A stretch of 32,000 bases of DNA, taken from positions 28,029 to 60,028 of the forward strand of contig JBBIRR010000026.1 in assembly GCA_037441705.1 (NCBI GenBank), read 5' to 3'. Shown here piece after piece: positions 27,751 through 32,000 of the stretch. The notes under the pieces were generated by a model. It did no database searches, had not been told where the DNA came from, and was given only the letters and a program-made list of their open reading frames with translations. Within the stretch, counting starts at the first letter, position 1, and each line of letters opens with the position of its first letter. This DNA comes from Ignavibacteriales bacterium. GTDB taxonomy: Bacteria > Bacteroidota > Ignavibacteria > UBA10030 > UBA6906. The translations under genes were made by a program, and so were the position numbers.

Positions 27751-29058
27751 TCAGCGACCTCTGCCGCTTCGCCCTCCCGATTCGCGCCCGGCATTACGCT
27801 GCGGGCCGGCGTCGCTGCCTCGTGGTCCCGATTGCCCTTGAGGTACGCGCATGCTCGGTTGCCTCGCCTCCCGCTGCGGAAAACTATACCGGGCATCATC
27901 TCGTTGCGGCCGCTGATAGGATTCCTCGCGCTTCCGTTCCCGTCCATCCCGCTGCGGTACCGTCTGTTGCTCGGGCGCAACCCCGCGCTGCCGCGCATCT
28001 GGCTCTCGACTCCGCTGTGGGTCTACTCGTTGCGGTTCCGCACGACGTGATTCCGGTGTCACCGACACGTCACTTTCCCGCCTTCTTCCTTCACGATTGC
28101 GGATCGCGTCATCGACCGGACCCTTGAGCATGCCGTCGTCGCGGATGCGGCCCTCATCGGTGGTACGACGCGGTTCGCGGATGTCGCCGGACTCACGCAC
28201 CCGAAGGTCGAGCTTGCGCGTATCGAGATCCACCGATCGTCCGGTACCTTCCCGCACACGTGCGGGCCGAACATCCGTGGCCTCATCCTCAGCCCGCTCG
28301 ATGATGCGCGGGCGATAAACTTCGATCTGTTCTCGATGGCCATCACGAACGATGCGCTCCACCGGCTGATCATCCACTTCGCGAACCTGTACAGGCGCGA
28401 GGCGGACATTACCGCGGCGTTCGACAAATTCCGGTTCGGGGCCTCGCGATACAATCCGACCGCCACTATAGCGCACGCTTCCTCCGCTGCGTGTTACGCC
28501 AATGTATCGCGTGTTGTTCTCCGGACGGTCTACATACCGGTAGATGTGCGGTGTGGAGATGTAGCGGCAATGCACGAAGCTCCACCAGTGCACAGGCGTG
28601 TACCATCGGGTTCGATAGTGAATTCCCCAATGGATACTGAAGACGGCGTACGGTCCGAGGGGAGCCCACCCGATGTAATCACCGCCGTAGCGCCATTCCA
28701 CCCACGCGGGTGCCCAATCGTACCCCGGAATCCAAATCCACCCATAAAAATCATCGTAGTACCACCGTCCATAGTGAAACACCGCCCACCCCCACGGCTC
28801 GTCACTCACCCAATACCAACCGTAGTCTGTCCAGACCCACCGACCGAGAGTGTACGGCCGCCACCCGACGGCAACGCGGATGGGCCTCCACGCATAGACC
28901 CCTCCGCTGATCGCAATCCACTCACCGTATGGGCTAAGCCTGTCGTAAAAGACAGAGAACGTGACGGCGCCTCCCCGATGCGGATGCGCCGATGACGGTT
29001 GAACGGCAGCCATTTGTAGAGCGGCAACGCATCCCAGAACCAAAGCAAGCTTTTTCAT
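27751..29058 (-). CDS. DUF6600 / WxxGxW-repeat type secreted protein with long Arg/Glu/Asp-rich C-terminal tail
   Basis: The start ATG at 29058 has AGGTGG upstream and gives the signal peptide MKKLALVLGCVAALQMAAVQPSSA. The core FYDRLSPYGEWIAISGGVYAWRP...GWYWVSDEPWGWAVFHYGRWYYDDFYGWIWIPGYDWAPAWVEW matches the family as I recall it. Confidence 0.7.
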   Translation of the reverse strand: MKKLALVLGCVAALQMAAVQPSSAHPHRGGAVTFSVFYDRLSPYGEWIAISGGVYAWRPIRVAVGWRPYTLGRWVWTDYGWYWVSDEPWGWAVFHYGRWYYDDFYGWIWIPGYDWAPAWVEWRYGGDYIGWAPLGPYAVFSIHWGIHYRTRWYTPVHWWSFVHCRYISTPHIYRYVDRPENNTRYIGVTRSGGSVRYSGGRIVSRGPEPEFVERRGNVRLAPVQVREVDDQPVERIVRDGHREQIEVYRPRIIERAEDEATDVRPARVREGTGRSVDLDTRKLDLRVRESGDIREPRRTTDEGRIRDDGMLKGPVDDAIRNREGRRRESDVSVTPESRRAEPQRVDPQRSREPDARQRGVAPEQQTVPQRDGRERKREESYQRPQRDDARYSFPQREARQPSMRVPQGQSGPRGSDAGPQRNAGRESGGRSGRGR

Positions 29059-29231
29059 TTCCCACCTCACAACGTGACCCTTTAGATGTTTTCGCCTCCC
29101 CGCGGGAGACGTCCGTTTGAGGTTCAATCGATATGCCAGGTGAAATGCACCGAAAACAAGTCAATTCACGCGGCGGTCGGCCCCCGACTCGTACACATTT
29201 GTGGTCATTGCACCGAATAGGCTACACCGCC

Positions 29232-30137
29232 CTAAGGACGCTGACCGAGAAGATATGCAATGATTCCCTTCTGCACGTGCAGGCGGTTCTCCGCCTGGTC
29301 GAGCACAATGGACTGTTTACCGTCAAGAACGTCCCGGGTGATCTCTTCGCCGCGGTTGGCCGGCAGGCGGTGCATGACGAGGCAGTCGGGCTTGGCATGC
29401 TTCAGCAAGGCCGTGTTCACCTGATGCTGCTTGAAGATGATCTGCCGTCTCCCGACATCGCGCGTGGTGGGCCAAACATCGGTGTACACAACATCCGCAT
29501 TCTGAACTGCCACAACAGGGTCGGGAATAAGTTCGATGCGACTGACCTTCGCCGCCTGCGCCTGCTCCAGCAAACTCGGATGCGGTTCATAGCCCGTCGG
29601 CGAAGAGACCACAAAGTGCAGCGGGATTTTTTCTGCAAGCTCAAGCCACGAGTTCACAACATTGTTGCCATCTCCCACGAAGACGATCTTGGTCGTTGGC
29701 GATGCTTTGCCGTACTCTTGCAGCGTGAAATAGTCGGCAAGGATCTGGCACGGATGCACAAGATCCGTCATGGCGTTGATCACCGGGACGGTCGCACTTT
29801 CGGCAAGCTGCACAACGGTTTGATGCTTGGTGGTTCGCGCAACGATAAGCTCGTTGTACCGCGAAAGCACAGCAGCCACGTCGTGCACGGACTCGCGCGT
29901 GGCAATGCCGATCGTTTCTTGCTGCAAGAAAATCGGGTGCCCGCCGAGTTGCGCGATGCCAACTTCGAAGGAGACGCGCGTGCGGAGAGACTCTTTTTCG
30001 AAGATCAGTGCAGCACTCTTATTCGCGAGAGGAGAGGGCCGGGTGAACTCGCCGGTTTTGATTTTGCGAGAAAGGAGGAAGACGTCTTCCAGTTCCTGGC
30101 GTGTCCATGCGGAAAACGAGATGAGATCGCGCTTCAT
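29232..30137 (-). CDS. ornithine-carbamoyltransferase-like transcarbamylase with non-canonical second-substrate motifs
   Basis: The carbamoyl-phosphate motifs SLRTR and HPCQ are present, as is the C-terminal LDQAENRLH. The canonical motif D-x-x-x-S-M-G is replaced by DVWPTTRDVG, and HCLP is replaced by HRLP. Confidence 0.8.
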   Translation of the reverse strand: MKRDLISFSAWTRQELEDVFLLSRKIKTGEFTRPSPLANKSAALIFEKESLRTRVSFEVGIAQLGGHPIFLQQETIGIATRESVHDVAAVLSRYNELIVARTTKHQTVVQLAESATVPVINAMTDLVHPCQILADYFTLQEYGKASPTTKIVFVGDGNNVVNSWLELAEKIPLHFVVSSPTGYEPHPSLLEQAQAAKVSRIELIPDPVVAVQNADVVYTDVWPTTRDVGRRQIIFKQHQVNTALLKHAKPDCLVMHRLPANRGEEITRDVLDGKQSIVLDQAENRLHVQKGIIAYLLGQRP

Positions 30138-30208
30138 GCATTCGTCCTTCGGATAACGTTAGGTGAGAGAATTCGTTTATTGACAGTAGAAGGTAGGGAA
30201 CTGCGCGG

Positions 30209-30236
30209 AAAAATCCAACCCGGCCTGCTGGCCGGG
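30209..30236 (-). terminator. intrinsic terminator of the DksA/TraR-like gene
   Basis: A 7-bp stem pairs CCCGGCC with GGCCGGG around the loop TGCT. On the minus strand it is followed by TTGGATTTTT, about 30 nt downstream of the stop at 30268. Confidence 0.75.
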
Positions 30237-30267
30237 AATTAGCGACGCAGAATAAGGAGACGCAGCA

Positions 30268-30618
30268 TCACGTCGCTGCAGGATGTTGTACATACTGATG
30301 ATGTGCTGCTGCCACGAACTGCTGTTCGCACATCGAGCAAATCCGTTGTGTGGGATCCTTGTCCAGCACATCCTGACTGATCGGCCTCTTGCAGCTAAGA
30401 CAAATGCCGTACGTGCCCTGCTCGAGACGTTCGAGGGCGCTGCGAAGTTCTTCCAACACAGGGTCGTTCTTGAATGCAAGAACCGCATCAAGCTGGTGAA
30501 GGGATAACTCCCCATTCAAAAACATCTCACGGGGATAAAGGTCGGCATACTGGTCATGAAGGTGGTCATACAACCTGGAGAGGATCAGTCGCCGCATCAC
30601 TCGTTTACTCTTTGTCAT
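30268..30618 (-). CDS. DksA/TraR family C4-type zinc-finger protein
   Basis: The four Cys lie in CLSCKRPI...(17 aa)...CSMCE, preceded by a coiled-coil-like region. The ATG at 30618 has a strong SD (AAGGAGG) 5 nt upstream; the track start at 30756 is probably a spurious extension. Confidence 0.8.
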   Translation of the reverse strand: MTKSKRVMRRLILSRLYDHLHDQYADLYPREMFLNGELSLHQLDAVLAFKNDPVLEELRSALERLEQGTYGICLSCKRPISQDVLDKDPTQRICSMCEQQFVAAAHHQYVQHPAAT

Positions 30619-31229
30619 TGCGCCTCCTTTCTTCTTGATGCTGTAAGAAGATCCCCCATTCTCCAACACGTGAGATAACGCGAGAGATACGCTGTCACCC
30701 ATGTCTAAGGTACGAAAGATTTTTGGAAAGTCAACAACCGGAGAAAAAATTTTCATTGTCGCGATGAGTCCCGCTTGTCGGAACGGCCCGCTCGGCCTCA
30801 GCGCGCCCGCAACAGAGTCCGTGCCACTTGATGCACACCTCCCGAGATAGCTCAGCCGACGGTGTACAGTTCTTCAACATTCTTCACTGGCATCAGTCTC
30901 ATGATGCTCGCTGTCGTGTACGGTGACAAGCTGGTTCAGATGCAGATTCGGTCTCGCGTTCGGGACAGGAGTTCAGTGGAGTGAAGTAACACTTGAAAAG
31001 GACAGGGCAAGTGTATCGGGCAACGTTCAAGAAGGAAAGCGTTGACAGCACAAGCGAACGGAGAGCTTAGAAAGGTGGTCAGGAACAGCGCGGCGGAACC
31101 CCCACACATTTTTCTATCGCTCGTCAGGAACCGCTGTCGAAGGGAGGGTCTCAAAGACTCGAGGGGTTTATCGACGCGAAAGGCGACGGGCTGGGGGTCT
31201 CCAACTCGTGGCTTTTGAACACGTTACGG

Positions 31230-31982
31230 TTATATTACTTCGCAGCCATTTCGTTCTATCCAGCCTACTTTGCCGTCGGCGAGCCGAATCTTCAGCCACT
31301 CATTGACCCTGTCGGTGACGAGCACCTTCACACCGCTGTGAAGGACAAATGCATCTGTGCTTTTTGGGTCGGGTGAGTTTTTTATCGTCGTGATGTTTGC
31401 TGTGACGATTGCCAGGTCCGAGCGCTGCACATCATCGAGCTTTCCGAAGAAGATCACGAGAGCGATGCCCAGCAGCACCGCACCTCCGAGTGCAGCGGCA
31501 AAGCCGACACGACGCAGAGCGTATGTGCCTGCCAGCAGCACTGTGGCAATTGAACCGAGGACGAGAAGGAAGATCACGTATGCGATCCAGGTGATGCCGC
31601 TCAGTGAAAACGCCCCCTTGATTCCTTCCCACCAATCCCAAATGAACAGCCGCGGCGTCGGTTCGATCCGATCCATGAGCATCAGATTGGCAAGCTGCAG
31701 GTTGTGGAGAATGTCGTCATCGTTCGGCTGCAGGCGCAGAGCGCGCTCGTAGTTGAGGATGGCCTTCCCGATGTTTCCCGTCTTGTAGTAAGCGTTGCCC
31801 AGATTGTAGTACAGCTCGGCGCTCACGAGTCCGCTCTGGAGAATCGCCTCGTACTTCTCGATGGCATCCGTAAACTTGCCTTGCTGGTAGAGTTGGTTTG
31901 CCTGATCAAACGCCTGTTCTGCTGTCTCGGCATGCAGTGCAGCGGCTGAGAGCATCAGAACCATGACAATCGCAGGTTTCAT
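31230..31982 (-). CDS. BatE-like protein (signal peptide, TPR repeats, membrane segments, C-terminal SH3b domain)
   Basis: The signal peptide is MKPAIVMVLMLSAAALHA. The TPR repeats include AELYYNLGNAYYKTGNIGKAILNYERALRLQPND. Two hydrophobic segments follow. The C-terminal VTDRVNEWLKIRLADGKVGWIERN is SH3-like. Confidence 0.75.
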   Translation of the reverse strand: MKPAIVMVLMLSAAALHAETAEQAFDQANQLYQQGKFTDAIEKYEAILQSGLVSAELYYNLGNAYYKTGNIGKAILNYERALRLQPNDDDILHNLQLANLMLMDRIEPTPRLFIWDWWEGIKGAFSLSGITWIAYVIFLLVLGSIATVLLAGTYALRRVGFAAALGGAVLLGIALVIFFGKLDDVQRSDLAIVTANITTIKNSPDPKSTDAFVLHSGVKVLVTDRVNEWLKIRLADGKVGWIERNGCEVI

Positions 31983-32000
31983 ACGTTCTTCAATGTTCGT

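Noticed and set aside
29133-30242. 369-aa plus-strand ORF
   Set aside because: It lies entirely antisense to the well-supported carbamoyltransferase gene. Its Arg/His/Leu-rich composition is typical of the reverse frame of a GC-rich gene, and it has no recognisable motifs.
30757-31229. Possible RNase P RNA, tmRNA, SRP RNA or tRNA in the long gap
   Set aside because: The universal core strings of these RNAs are absent on both strands. The D-arm-like GATAGCTCAGCCGACGG lacks an anticodon arm and a T-arm (no GGTTCGAATCC-like sequence).

Overview
This is a 32-kb chromosomal window. Spot counts give about 57% GC in the housekeeping genes. The source is probably an FCB-group bacterium: there is a T9SS C-terminal sorting domain, a BatE-like TPR/SH3 gene and a Bacteroidota-style tricorn protease homolog. 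Several genes have clear Shine-Dalgarno sites, so it looks more Ignavibacteriota/Rhodothermota-like than Bacteroidia; this placement is inference only. Most of the content is core metabolism and housekeeping: cytochrome bd oxidase (cydAB), a tricorn-like S41 protease, an alpha/beta hydrolase, a lipoate-protein ligase-like gene divergent from a pyruvate dehydrogenase locus (aceE, aceF, lpdA), an AsmA-family protein, rsmA, a PAP2 protein, rplU-rpmA, mdh, a DUF6600/WxxGxW-type protein, an ornithine-carbamoyltransferase-like gene, a DksA/TraR zinc-finger protein and BatE. I see no complete, recognisable multi-gene novel system. The unusual parts are: (1) both intercistronic gaps of the PDH locus hold foreign-looking DNA, namely a reverse-oriented low-GC DUF3800-like gene between aceE and aceF, and three tandem hairpin-forming units between aceF and lpdA, one of which carries an intact GxxExxY/PD-(D/E)XK-like gene; (2) a segment of about 280 bp from a Reg_prop-repeat gene lies inverted between that gene's own N-terminal part and a 5'-truncated T9SS cargo gene; (3) a monoheme cytochrome c is fused to an outer-membrane-barrel-like domain; (4) two inverted arrays of five heptamers (20/22 complementary core) bracket cydA; (5) the carbamoyltransferase lacks the canonical ornithine-binding motifs. 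All family assignments rest on motif recognition by eye. No searches were run.
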